A stretch of 64,000 nt of DNA from Amphiscolops sp. MND2022 (Eukaryota), in contig OZ076419.1 in NCBI GenBank assembly GCA_964187785.1, positions 45,384,001-45,448,000 of the forward strand, given 5' to 3'. Both the position numbers and the translations under genes were made by a program. The notes under the pieces were generated by a model that did no database searches, had not been told where the DNA came from, and saw only the letters and a list, made by a program, of their open reading frames with translations. Shown here in pieces: positions 24,507 through 38,034 of the stretch (positions are counted from its first letter, which is position 1; each line of letters begins with the position of its first letter).

Positions 24507-27039
24507 TAATTATGACGTCATCAAAGAAAAACAAGGTTCTTTTCTGTTCCCTGCCGCCACCTAAATTTCATTATAATAATTTTGTGAAAATATTAAAATA
24601 AAATGACTTAGAAGAAGTAAATTAGATAGAAACCTTTACTTTATTCTCGGAATGATAGTTTAGAATTCTGATACAAACTTTGTTTACGCTACTTTTCCGC
24701 ATAAAGTCACACATTCTTGTTGGAAACTCAACAGCTTCACGTTTTGAGTCACAAAAAACAGTTAGTTTTCAACATATTCACAGTCAAAAATTTTGATGGT
24801 GGTTCTGTTGGAAACAGAAAAGAGCCAAAAACAACCTTACAAGACATGGAGTCTCCCCACACATATTCGAATTCATCCACCGACGTTCACCAATGCTTGT
24901 GCGGACATCCTTCCACTTATTTTGTGCAATACATCTGCAATTAAAGTACGAGGTGCTAATTTTGGACAGAGGACAAAATAGTTGTTTTTAAACGGACCGA
25001 AACAGCCGATTTCTAAGAATAGGCATAGCAGCCGATTTCTAATCCGGACGAAAAAGCCTATTTCCAAAATGCGACAAAGTAGCCGATTATGAAGTAAGGA
25101 AAAATGGACGATTTGTGAATGAAATGAAATTGTTATATCAATTTTTCTAGCTTTCAATATTATCACTCAAAAACAATAGTCGTTTTAGAATAGAGACTGG
25201 TCTTTCAACAGGATTGATTCGTTTTGAAATTTAAATAACTAACTAAATTTGAGACAAAAAATCAAAGGTGTGCTATTTAGTCGGCGTTTCATGAAGTGAA
25301 ACGCGACTATACTAGTGAATTTTTTTCAATCCACATAAACTGACCAAAATAGTTCTAAAAAGTTCGACGAAATTTTGAGGTGTCAAATTTCAAATTGAAA
25401 TATTTAACCAAGGGAACACAACTATAAAAGTTGTTCCTTTTTTCAGCGTAACATACAATACCGGACGACACTTTTTTTCGAGAAGGTTTTCAATGTCTCC
25501 AAAGGGCCCCTTCGATTTTTTTTGAAATTGTGCAACAGAATGGATGTTGAAAAACCCAAAAGCGTTCCCTTTTAGCGCGTCAGTTCGGTCCACCTTGGTA
25601 CCATTGCTACTAATTAGCTGCGTTTATAGCACTTACTTGACGCGTGGGGAAACAATCTCCTAATTTGGTCCCATTTTGAAAATCGGCGTTTTTGTCATGA
25701 TGCCTCCTATTCTATATCCAATATACCCACATACGATACGTTCTGAGACTAATTCACCTTAAAAAGGGGAAGATTGTTTGGAAAATGTTTTTTTTTAATA
25801 TTGTGCTCAGTCATTTTTTTATCTGGATGTATGCTAAAACTACATGGTTTTCCACCAATTCCATACGTTTCCAACTGAGGGAATTTTCACTCTACATGGT
25901 TTTCCACCAATTCCATACATTTTTCAACTGAGGAAATTTTTAAATGCAAATGCTACTTTTGGTTTGGGATTTCGGAGTTGAAAGATACACATTTCGTTTT
26001 ATGATCTTATATAGTGTTTTCCATGGCCCAGCATGGCGCAAGTTGAGCCCATGTTTCGTGAAAAATATGACGTATCAATTCAGGATCTCATGAGAAAGAA
26101 AAAGTGTGAACAATGTTCTTGTTTATACTCTTGTTCGAAGTAATATTCGAGAATACTGTGTTGGAGTTTTGAGGGCAAAAAAGCTCGTAAAAAATTCTAC
26201 CATAAGTTTTGCAATCCAAAATGGGTTTTTTTGGGGGTGAATATCGTTTTCAAATGACAACTTATGTCGTGTAGTAACACCCAATTGTTCAAATGTAAAA
26301 CAAAACCAAAAGCCCACTACTGAAGACAAGATGAAATGAAATGAGTTTCATACAAAATTTTAAAAAGTAAATTAATTCCATAGAAATAGATGATCATCAA
26401 AAATGCAGTAAGCAAAGCGGCATAGACACAACATTCTTTTACTAAGTTTTTGAAATCGAAAATCGTTCATTTTTGTCATCTCCCAGTTTGTCATCTCCGA
26501 AGCAGAACCTACCATATCAGTTTCCCGTTTGCATTAGAATTTGATTTCTGCTGAACATGGAGTCGAAATTCTGTTGGAGATTTTCACTGTCACAGTTGGT
26601 GTCACAACTGTCACACTGTCACAACGGTTGTCACGTTTTAAAAGTTTTTATTTTCGACAATTCATCGATAATGGTGCAGTGAATACTATTTCAAATTTGT
26701 CGTTAAGCTTCATTTTCTTCGCTGAATAAATTAACGCCCTTTAATTTGTCAAAATGAGGATATTTATGATTTTCAACTGTTTCTGCGAATGATTAGTTGA
26801 ATGAATTTGTCAGTAATGATGTCGTCAAGTTTTCAGAATTGACTTTCTCATCTTGCTTTCTTTTGCAGTAGCTACTGTCCAATTACTGCCAAATACGTAC
26901 TTCATGAAATCCTTTACATGGTTTCAAGTTGAATGTTGTGACAAAGTTGATGTTGTGACCGCGGAAAATTGCAAAATTTTCCGGCGAATTTGTCTTTAAT
27001 TTCTTTGATGTTGCTCTGAAAACCCGCAAAATTGTATAG

Positions 27040-28250
27040 AAACCCTGATAAGTACCTGAAGAAATAGCATTGCATGAGGGAACCGTTGGTTGGAACTGCT
27101 TGAACTTTTTACATGTTTTTGTAGGTTACCAACCTATTTTTCCATGATTATAAACAATTCTCAAAGAAACGTCCATGCAACAAAACTTCACTGATTCGAT
27201 TTAATTTTATCAAGCTGCCTAAAAAGTGCATCCTAAAACAGGCGAAAAATTTGCGCCGCAAAGTTTTGCAGGTCTCATTGAGACGCCGTTCTAATTTTGA
27301 AAGCAGCTGAGACCGTCATCAATTTTACCGCAATTTCAATGCAAATAAACTTCAGTCACATTATAAGCTTCAAAGTAGCGTCATTTTCAGCGTGCTATTT
27401 GACTATCGGTGATTACATAAAGTTTACAAGTGTACAGTAGTGTGATTACGAAATCGTCCCCCTATGTGCTGAGCGTCGTTAACAACCATTTAGAATGCCT
27501 TATTTGCTCTCACTTTCATGTCTGATTGGCGCATCAAGTGAAATCTCAGGCGTAGAAAGAACACTTCTGCTATTTTCCCTATTTTGGGCAGGTTTTTGAA
27601 ATATTTTTTTTTGAATTTAAATTCATCGAATTCTGCAGATTGTATAGAATTCAATGATATATTTTTTAATTCAAAAACATTCTAAATGAAAAAATAATCG
27701 CACTTTTTCGCCGCGAAACGTTCATTTCGTATCTTAATACATGTAAACCGACCAAATTTTACCTTTCCAGCATGATATTTCGAAAACGGTTGATAATTTT
27801 TGAAATCGGAAATTATCAATAGATTCAGTAGATTTGTGCGAGTCATTTGAGCATAAAACTTGCCAAAAAAACTGTGGATAAAACGGTCAAAAATTGGAAA
27901 AACGGAAAAAAGTCCCAAATATGCTCAAAATCAGCTATTTGTAACTTTCTCAATTTTTGTCTCAGAAAAAATTAAAAAACACTAAGATAAACTAGATGAA
28001 ATTCTAAGAAACTTTTATTTCTGATGTGTTTCAAAATTCTCAACAGATTTCGAGAAAATCGAGCCTAAAATAGCCCCAGGGGACGTTTTCTTAATCACAG
28101 TACTGTACTTACTTGAGAAACTTACGCGTGAAAACAAAGTGATCGCGGTGGTGAAGAAAAAACTGTTTTCAGTTTTAAGTTACATAGTGGAAGCTGCATG
28201 GTATTCTTAAAAAATTGTTTCCATGCAGGCTCCCGGATTTTTCGATGTTT
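27040..28250. repeat. Older interspersed repeat, interrupted here by the MITE; second copy ~42900-43440
   Basis: Collinear similarity on both sides of the MITE (gtaggttaccaa, atcaagctgcctaaa, acttgagaaac.tacgcgt). Confidence 0.75.
27435..28105. mobile_element. MITE, Tc1/mariner-type ends
   Basis: ~27-bp TIRs CAGTAGTGTGATTACGAAATCGTCCCC / GGGGACGTTTTCTTAATCACAGTACTG; TA on both sides; no ORF. Confidence 0.9.
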
Positions 28251-31049
28251 TGTAAAAAAAATTGCCTGCATGTTTCCATGCAGCATTTAAAAAGTTCAAG
28301 CAATCTCGACTATCTCGGGAAAAATTCAACATTAATGATTCTTTATGAAACTTCCAAACACATGCTAAAAGTGCTTGACAACCTATAAAAACTTAAGTCA
28401 ACTAGGGTAGGAAAAAGGTCTGCAAAAAGGACAACAAATGTTTACCTCAATAAATAACAACAGAGCGAATGATTTGTGCTGAAATTGCATCTAGTATTTT
28501 CCATTGTATTACAAAAAGTTCATTTTATTTGAAAAAAATTGTTCAGCTTCAAGAATGTGTTTCATTTTTCAATAACATCACGCACTAGATACAGATAAAA
28601 TTGCCGCATTACCAGCACAATGTTTGTGTTCTTACGAACTTGGAAAACGTTCTTTTACGCATTCAGGGTAAACATTATCTCACCTGGAATCTGAACACGC
28701 TTAGTTTTCCCCTTGAGCAGTCAAATTCAAAACAAAACACATTCTGTCTATGCATTTGACTAAAAGCGGTTGAAAAATTTGTCCAAGATTGCAATTCATC
28801 TACTTTTCTGTAGGATTACAAAATCCTCAAATTTCCTTTAACATGCAATTTTTTAATTCCTTCTCAATACGCATTTATTTTGCTTTTTTGGTGAATGTAG
28901 ATTTCAACTGTTCAATGTGCTTCGAAAGCTTCAGACCGCATCGTTTTCTACCGTCTCTTCCCCTGTGTAAACGCTTGTGCATGTCGTTTACATGTCAAGC
29001 CCGTTGTTGACGAAAGTCTGGAAGCTTTTTGAAACCTTTCCAATTTACGTTTTTCTCACATCATCAATTTAGTCATCGAGTAGTTAAAGTAAACCCAGTT
29101 GAAAATCTCTTGGAATTCGTAAGTAGTTTTGCGCTTCTGTAAAACTTTTGGTAAGATTTTCGAGAAAATCTTACCAAGACCGCCAAGAATATGAAATGTC
29201 AGGGAAAATCTCGCCAAGAGTTTGGAGAGGAAATGTGGATGAAAACAGACAAAAACCACCGCAACTTGCGGCTTGATCAGCGTACCTTAGTATATCGCAG
29301 CTGTTCACGGTAGCAAACGACATATCACGTTCAAAATTTCCTAACTTTGTGTTCTTCTATAACCAACACTTCAAAAATGACAGCTAACCATAAACATAAT
29401 ACAGTACTGATATTATTAAAAGCAACAAAAGGCAAATCTCAAAATCAAAAATATCTTTAAAACAGCAGCGATTTTTGAAAAATGATAAAAGTGAAAGTGA
29501 AATGAAAATTGTAGAAGTTACGATAGGCCATTTTTAGCCAAATTTAGACCAAAATTGAGGTTTTTCTCACTTTTGATATACTTTTGCGCAGAATTTTTGA
29601 AACATTTTATGTTCATTTGACCCCCCTGATTTAACTGAAGCCCCTGATATGTTTTGATTGAAATCAGTCTAAAATCTCAAAGAAAATAGGTTGTAAAATC
29701 AAGCTTTTTCGAAAATACATGTATTAAGATACGATTTTGAAATATAACCACTTAAAACAAGCTCGTACTAATACAATTTACAATATTTTCGGGAAAATAT
29801 TATATTGTCTGATTCAAAATGCTTGGAAGGATTTTTCTGTCAAAATTGTTTTGAAATCAAAAAATTGCAAGTGGGTCAAAAATTCAAAAAACTAAACAAT
29901 GATGTTTTGGATATCGCTCTCGACCAATGAAACGAGCGCGTGAGACGTTATTTAGCCAATGAGATTTGTTTATTTGCACTCTGTTTATTTGCGTGCTTTG
30001 ATGCTTTTAATAATATCACTACTGTAGTTGCTTTGCATAGTTGTCATTTAGTTTCTTGGGACTCTTGATTGGACCCTTACCAAAACTCTTGGTACTAAGT
30101 CTATGTTTCAAGATAATTTGCACTGGAAGCATGTGCTGTTCCGGACTTTTTGAAAAGCATCAATGTGAAAGTTGTGTTCTGTTAAAATCGTAAATAATTT
30201 TTCGCCTTTTCTGCAATGCTGGGAAAACATTTGTTTCACAACTTTTCTAGTGCGAAAACGGGAATTTTCAAAGTGTTGCACAATTTAGGGTTTCTGAACT
30301 TGAGTTGTTTCAACCGGTTGCTTTGCACAGCAAAAACTATGGTAGTTGTTATGTCTGATAATGTGTAACGTGGTATTGTGGCAGACCCTGGCAGACTGGA
30401 TTATCACAATTGAAACCTAGAAAAGTCAGTCAAAGTGGCCAAAGTGACGTCGACGTTGAGCATGTTAGCTAAAAAGACATGCCCCCGAATTGAAGAAAAC
30501 TGAGCAACACAAGCGAGTAGAGACCTCAACGACCAGAAAACGCAAGAATAACGCCTACAGAAAGACATCTTGCGAAGAGCAGGAGACTCAATTAGCGATT
30601 CCCAATAGCGTCAAGGCGGAATAATGACTTCACGTACATTTATTTTTTTGCTACTTCAGGGAAATTTTACTTGAAGTGAGCAATACATTACTGGCAAAAA
30701 CATGAGAAAGTTTTATATTTACTGATCTTGTTAAAAGTACCTAACAAGTACTTATCATATATTTAGCGAGAATTTTAGAACAAAAATTCTCAACATTTCT
30801 ATCATGTGTCTCTTGGACACCAAAGTTGGTAGACAAATTTCCGCTGAGTAGCTTTTGGAAATGTGGCATTTTCATTTTCTGTGCCAATAGGTTCTTAACA
30901 ATCTTGAGGTACATCTATGGGTGCCAAAGAGGCCCAATTTTAAAAAACTTTTTTGAGTTTCTTCAAAAACTAAATTTCAATTATCAATTGTTTCGACAAT
31001 GTGCAAAGTTTTCAATTTTTTTAAATTTTGGCAACGACACGCTGCTGCC

Positions 31050-31421
31050 GCATAGTTTGTCATTGCGACATGAAGATGCCTAAATGGACGGAACGTTCAA
31101 GCACATTACAGGCTTTCAGTTTGCATTAGGCCCATTTTGCCTGTGGGAGTGTTGTCCCACTTCAAATGGATGTCCTCCAATTCATCTCAGTCTGTGATTG
31201 TTAAAGGTTACGGGCATTTTCTGTAGCCAGGACCACCGTTCCGATAGCTTTTCGAAACATGGTTTAGTAGAAAGTTGAAAACCCAGGTCATGTGATTAAC
31301 AGAGCTAGGGAGTAGTGTGAAATCAGCTGCTCAGAAGCCTCATCAGTTTATACTGAATAGTCAATGTCAAAGCACTAGATAGCTGGCCACACAACTCAAA
31401 AAATGGTGTCAAATTAAAGCA
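31050..31421 (+). pseudogene. Mutator/MULE transposase remnant (host site of the LTR element)
   Basis: MDGTFK at 31084-31101 resembles the MULE catalytic DGT(F/Y)K motif; otherwise decayed. Confidence 0.3.
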
Positions 31422-33511
31422 TGTCAAGCCTACTTCTAGGCTGCTTTGAAGTACCTTGTGAGCTACATGTTGGGCTGTCTTCATTCGTTTTACTAATAAC
31501 AGCCATCATAAGGTCCTTCAATTGGCTAAACACTGATTTTAATTCGTTAATCTCATAATTTTCCTTTATTTCAGTTAACTGGGAAGGAATGTCAGAGTTA
31601 TCGTTGGCATCAGAATCGACAATATTTTGCTCATTCATGACGGATTGTGTGGAGATGTTGTCTTCAGAAGGAGAATCTATAACATTTTCCGTTTCGAAGT
31701 TTGATGCCGTGCTCTAGACTCATAATGAGGATTAAAAGGTGGAATTGAGCAAAGACTGGATTTTATTTTCTATTTGAGGATGTTCTGATTCAGGTTTAAT
31801 TTGTTAGAAATTCTAATTCACTATTTTTGAACAGAGATGGGTTTCCGATGAACAATCAGCAAAGGTTGATCTACGGCGAGTAGACAAGCAACATAAATAA
31901 AAGTTAGTAGGAAGTCATCCCAAGTCATCGGTATACCAAAGTTGAGTTGTATAAAACCGATCAGTCACTGGATATCTGGTTTTGTATGACTTTTGGATGT
32001 ATTTTAGAAGAAATTTTCAACGTGAAATATCAATTGTACTGTAACTAATAGCAATTTTTCTCTGACTAATTTTCAATGGCGGTTCAAACTACAGCAATTC
32101 GTGCGCTTTTTCTGATTGGTAAGACTCAATTCTTACCAACCTTCATGTCTCATTGGTTGTTTCAGTCGGTGTTAATTGGTAAGTCACGTGACTACCATTG
32201 GTGCGAATTGCCGCACGATGGCCACCTCGTATGTTAAATCTACATTTACGACCAATTAGCGATGAGTCGTAAATGTTACAGCTTGTGATTGCCTGCACGA
32301 TACAATGGTAACTATGGATATAAAAAAGCAATGAAATTGATGGCTGTATTACAAGCACTGAGCAATTTCCGAACTAATTACCTTCACTGATGGTAAGACG
32401 ATATATTTCGAACAACACAATTCGCTTCTTAGTCTTCATTTAAATGCACCGATGGACAAGTGATGAATACTAAGAGTTTCCCATAAGTAACTTCAGACAA
32501 ATCTAGCACAAGCGGTAAAAGCGATGAATTCCCAATGATGTCCGGTTAAATGCAGCACATTTCGGGAACACGATGAATAAAGGATGGACTTCCTCCGGAA
32601 CTTGTTACTTTCAGCACTGTTCTAATTTTACCTTGAAACATCGACGTTTTTCCTACAAATCTAAGTAAATCCAACACAGTTGCTTTTTTATTGATGAACT
32701 TAGGATGTATATTCCCATTTTCTCACTGTCGTCTAGCATGGCGATGAATTAATGACGCGTTTATGTTCAGAAAATGCAATGTACCTGGGATTACTCTTCA
32801 GATTGACAACTGTATTTCAAAACAAGTCCGCTGATGAACTTGTGATGCAATGCGCCAAAAAACATTTAAATGATGATTATACATTGACTCTTTGGCTAAG
32901 TTTAACTCATGCGAAATTCGCTGATGGATTTGCGATGAATTCAAAAGATTAAGTCACCGTTTTTGAACTAAACTGCAAACCTGTTGATGAGTTTGCGATG
33001 AAACTTTAATAAAGTCATTATAAAGTCATCGAAGAATGGCACTTCCAAATCCGCTGATGGATTTGTGATGAATCGTATAAAATAACAAAAGTCACCAGTA
33101 AAATCCGCTGATGGATTTGCGATGAATTTTCCAAGTTCAAGACAGGGATTTGTCACGACGGTCGCTCTGAGGCGGGAGCTTTCGAAGCAACTTTGAAATC
33201 CATATTTTCTCTGTACTTCGGTCCAGTCTGACCGGAAAAACTTCTCTCCATTGTCGTGACAAACCAACATTTAAGTATAGCTTTTGCTTTTAGCATGATC
33301 ATTTTTGCGGACACCGGAACTAGAATGCTCAAAATTTGTTAAAAAAACTAGCTCAAACTTAAAAGGTGATGGGATTAGATACAAATAACGCAGGGTTGCT
33401 CACAACCATGCCTCTTATTGTATGACATCATTTTGCCCATTAAAAAGTGCATAAGACATAGTATTTACAATACAGATCTTTAGTAGATTATAATTCCATG
33501 CTTGCATGACA
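31422..33511 (-). repeat. Complete LTR (~2.09 kb) with ORF remnant at its 3' end
   Basis: TGTCAAG...CATGACA on +; minus ORF remnant (MSLEHGIKLRNGK..., then ...SQGTSKQPRSRLD after a frameshift) exits at 31422. Confidence 0.8.
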
Positions 33512-33984
33512 CTCCCGGGGGAGGGACTTGGAACGAGAGTGCAGTGGCCAAATGTGCAGAGGATGGTTGTCTCAGCGTGGGCTTTGACTTTTCCTTCGTT
33601 AGTCTGGGGGAGAAAATTCCTTCGTTGGTACTCTTGATCATGTCCTTCGTTAGTTCTGTCTCTTGTGAATCTTCTCTGAGAAGGAGACATTGGTCATCCG
33701 TTGTATTCTTCCACATACTGAGTTATTTCGGTTAAATTGTTGCGTGGAGTCTAGTTCTTGGCTCTGTCGAATGTCCGCTGATCTGGTTGTTTGTGGTTGT
33801 CATACTTTTAGTCAGGTGATGGGTGGCCGATGTTTTCGGTGAAATTTCGTTCGTTTATTTGTCTAACTTCTCTGCGCTTCCTGCGCTGAATAAACATTCA
33901 GCAGGAGAATCGTTGTTGTGTTTATAGCAGGCTGGCGCCGCTCACTTTCCACTGTCCAGAACGGTGATGTAAAAGAGATGAATT

Positions 33985-34017
33985 GTTGCCATAGCAACCT
34001 GTGCGTGATCTGATTGG
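33985..34017. promoter_or_regulatory. RFX X-box plus inverted CCAAT (Y-box)
   Basis: GTTGCCATAGCAAC (33985-33998) and CTGATTGG (34010-34017) between divergent ORF remnants. Confidence 0.6.
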
Positions 34018-34589
34018 CTGAGGCTGACTTTTGTAACTGGAAATTAACAACTGTTTGTCATCAGAATGTCATCGTGAACTACTCAGTAAAGTCAATTTTT
34101 GAAATCGCCACAATTTCGTTTGCGCGTTTCCGCTCGTCTTCGTCGTAACTGTCTTGAGACTGGCAGCTGTCGTCAAAATCAAATACTCGATGATTTTGTA
34201 TTAGTCTATTTTGGGGTCGTTATCCAATTCAGAAAATATTGTGACAAGTTGCCCGTTGGAAGTAAAGTTGAATTCCGTCGAAAATCGAAAGCTTTTCAAG
34301 GTTTTTCCATCTTGTGATTTTTCGAGTTTTTGGTTTTTTACCATTTCTTTCAAGCCTTGTTTCTCTTCGGTTTTTGTTTCTTCCTTTAATTTCGTCCGTC
34401 CTTTTTCAGATTCTCGATTGATTCGACGCTGCAATGTCTGACGCGCTTTACTCCGTTCACTCTTCACCTGAGACAGAGTCTCAATAGTGTAAGTAGAGAG
34501 TTTTTCTTCTTTCACACAAGACTGGATGGTGCAGAACAATTTGCATCGTTACGTTAGCCGGTTTTATCCATTCTATTGGTGTTGTTTCG

Positions 34590-35777
34590 GAGTTGACAAC
34601 TCTGGAAACTGTGCCTCCTCTGCCAGCTATCGAGACGGTCACCACCACGCCTGTTCTTTCTTCTGGTCCTGACAGTTCAACAGTCCAGTCATCTTCAGGG
34701 TCTGTCCCTGACCCCAATGCATCGTTCCCTTACCATCCGCAGTGTAACCGACCCTCTTTCAATTGTCTAATTCAGCCTTAACTCATCTACTTTTCATCGT
34801 AGTTTCTCCGGATTTTGATGCTTCCTCTTCATGCTTAGATTACTTCCCATGCAATACTGCTCTTGGCAGCGTATCCCTAGGCTGGTCCGACCAGTATCTT
34901 CGGGACATCCTCCGCGAGAGCATCCAGTACTACAGTAAGCATTTTCCAATCTGTTTTTCCTCATAAGGTATCGTCCAAACACTGCAATGTAATTTCGATG
35001 TTTCCATCTCATCTTTCTTCCCAGTGTTCCTTTAATATCCCTTCGTCACTAGTTCATGGTTTCACGATAATCAGTAATGAATTTGTGTTCATTCAGGTAC
35101 AACTCTAACCCATGCTCCGCGGCCTCTTCCTCCTACGGCTACAGTGTCCGTCGGGACCAGCGACTTTTCCGTCGCCAAGGTTGGATGTCGGGACACAAGG
35201 TGACCCACCGCCGTTGGAGTTGTCAACGTTTTTGAACGATCTATCTTTTGCTGCCGCCAGTTCACCATTGCCAATGCCTGTGTCATCACCAACCTTCCGG
35301 CATTTCCTGAATGCCGAGACATCAGTAGAAAGTCTTCCTCCCGCTCGTATTTTTGTATGCCAGTCTTCATCTACGAGCGACCTGGTCTGCCGCGTTGATG
35401 TGAACACATGCCATGAGGGTCTTCTCTCCGTCGTGGATAAAGCTGTCTCAGCTACTGTAGTCACTTCCGATGTTGCCACTGCGTATGATCCGCCGGCTTC
35501 ACCTTCCAGCGTTCTATTGTCACTCCACGTCAGCTCTGAATTGCCTGATCCCGATGTCCGGCCTCTTGAACTTCATACAGATGCCGACTCCCAAGTTGCT
35601 GTGGAATCGCCCGAAGACGTGGTGGGCTCTTTGTGTGCCCTTTTTGTATCTACGCCTCTGACTGGAACTGCTCTTGAGGAAACCTCTACCATGGGCCTTA
35701 GTCTAGTCGACTCTGATGACGAGTTGCTTGCCTCCCGTTTGCAAGGTTACCTAAACAGCTTTCAAAACCTTGTGTAG
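34590..35777 (+). pseudogene. Cargo ORF of unknown function, antisense to the element, probable intron 34935-35096
   Basis: Ser/Pro/Thr-rich and acidic ORF pieces (longest 221 aa); a|GTAAGC ... ttcattcAG| joins frames; frameshifts present. Confidence 0.45.
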
Positions 35778-36150
35778 TATCAATTTTGGTTGTGTCTTTT
35801 ATCTCCGGTAATTGTGTTCTTTACCTCTTTCTTTTCACGACCAAGTTTATTCAAGGAGTACATCGTTTTACATTACTTGTGAATTTTTCAAACAAAACAT
35901 ATCTTTACATTTCCATGTTTTTTTTGCTTTGGTTTGGTCTTTTCGATTGAACCTAATCGCTTTTTTATCTGTTCATTTCCCGAAAAATACATTTCTTATG
36001 AAAATTGTAAAGTTTCATCTCTCCGCGGGCTGTTTAGGAACCCTGAATCAGGACTTTGAAAGTAATTCTTTTGCGGTGCAATTTTCATTCTTTAATAGGT
36101 AGTTTGTATGACTTTTTCTGCGGATAGGTGCAGTTCTTATATCTTTTTGT

Positions 36151-36441
36151 TTGTTTGTAGGTCAAAAAGTGATTAAGCCTAGTTGGTTTAACCACCCGTA
36201 CTGTGGCCATGCTCAGGGCTATGCCAAACTCCATCAGTCTCGACATTCATATGTGAAATGTCTGCTGTGCAAGCGGGACATTAACGTTGCGAGTCGTGGA
36301 GACACGAGATTTTTGGAGCATTGTCGTGGTGTGCAACACCATCGGAACCATTGCTTGATCCGTCTTCGCCGTGGACTTGCACTACGGAATCGAAATGAAA
36401 ATTTGATGAACAATCAGCAAAGGTTGATCTATTTCAAGTAG
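36151..36441 (+). pseudogene. C2H2-like zinc-finger ORF fragment cut off by the LTR
   Basis: VKCLLCKRDINVASRGDTRFLEHCRGVQH; runs into the truncated LTR at ~36407. Confidence 0.5.
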
Positions 36442-38034
36442 ACAAGCAACCTAAATAAATGTTAAAAGGAAGTCGTCCCAAATTCATCGCTATACTGAAA
36501 GTGAGTTGTATAAAAGGGATCAGATGCTGGTTATCCGGTTTTGTATGAACTTTGGATGTATTTTCGAAGAAATTCTCAACGTAAAATATCAACTGTACTG
36601 CAACTAGTCGCAATCTTCCTCTGACTAATCTTCAATGGCGGTTCAAACTACAGCATTTCGAGAACTTTTTCTGGTAAGACTCAATTCTTACCAACCTTCG
36701 TTTCTCATTGGTTGTTTCAGTAGGTGCTAATTGGTAAGACGCGTGACTACCAGTGGTGCGAATTGCCGCAGGTTGACCACCTCATATGTTAAATCTACAT
36801 ATATGACCAACTAGCGATGAGTCGTAAATTTTACAGCTTGTAATTGCCTGCACGATACAATTGTAACTATGGAGATAAAAAAGCGATGAAATTGATGGCT
36901 ATATTACAAGCACTGAGCAAATTCCAAACTAATTACATTCACTGATGGTAAGACGATATATTTCGAACAACACAATTCTTTTCTTAGTCTTCATTTAAAT
37001 GCACCGATGGACATGTGATGAAAACTAAGAATTTCCCATAAGTAATTTCCGACAAATCTAGCACAAGCGGTGAAAGCGATGAATTCCCAATGATGTCCGG
37101 TTAAATCCAGCACAATTCGGAAACACGATGAACAAAGGATTGACTTCCTCCGGAACTTGTTACTTTCAGCACTGTTCTAATTTCACGTTGAAATATGGAT
37201 GTTTTTTGTACAAATCTAAGTAAATCCAGCACAGTGTATTTTTTATTGATGAACTTAGAATGTATATACCCATTTTCTCAGTGTCGACTAGCATGGCGAT
37301 GAATCAATGATGCGTTTATGTTCAGAAAATGCGATGTACCTGGGATTACTTTTCAGATTGACAACTGTATTTCAAAACAAGTCCGCTGATGGACTTGCGA
37401 TGCAAAGCGCCAAAATACATTTAAATGATGATTATACGTTGACTCTTTGGCTAAGTTTGAACTCATGCGAATTTCGCTGATGGATTTGTGATGAATTCGA
37501 AAGATTAATTCACTGTTTTTGAGCAAAACGGCAAACCGCTGATGAGTTTGCGATGAAACTTTATTAGAGACATATTAAAGTCATCGTAGAATGGCACTTC
37601 CAAATCCGCTGATGGATTCGTGATGAATCGTATAAAATAACAGCTAAATGTCACCCAGTAAAACCGCTGATGGATTTGCGATGAACTTTCCAATTTCAAG
37701 ACGGAGATTTGTCTTGACGGTCGCTCTGGGACGGGAGCTTTCGAAGTAACCTTGAAGTCCTTCTTTTCTCTCCTTCGGCCCAGTCTTTTTAAGTATAGTT
37801 TTTGCTATACGCTTGATCATATTTGCAGACACCGGAATTAGAGTGCTCATATTTAGTCGAATAAGTAGCTCAAACCTAAAAGGGGGTGATGGGATTAAAT
37901 GCAAATAACGGAGGCTTGCTCACAACCATGGCTCTTATTATATGACATCTTACTGCCCATAAACAGGTACATAAGACGTATTATTTACGTGACAGATAAG
38001 TCGTAGATTACATTTCCATCATGCTGGCATGACA
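36407..38034 (-). repeat. Truncated 5' LTR
   Basis: Matches 31848-33511 but lacks the ~430 bp ORF-bearing end. Confidence 0.8.

Larger units (their letters stand above)
31422..38034 (-). mobile_element. LTR element with deleted gag-pol and retained cargo region
   Basis: Termini TGTCA...TGACA; TSD AAGCA (31417-31421, 38035-38039); direct repeats 31848-33511 and 36407-38034, roughly 85-90% identical by eye. Confidence 0.85.

Noticed and set aside
25840-25920. 26-bp direct repeat, and the TGTCAC cluster at ~26590-26640
   Set aside because: Ordinary local duplications with no further structure.
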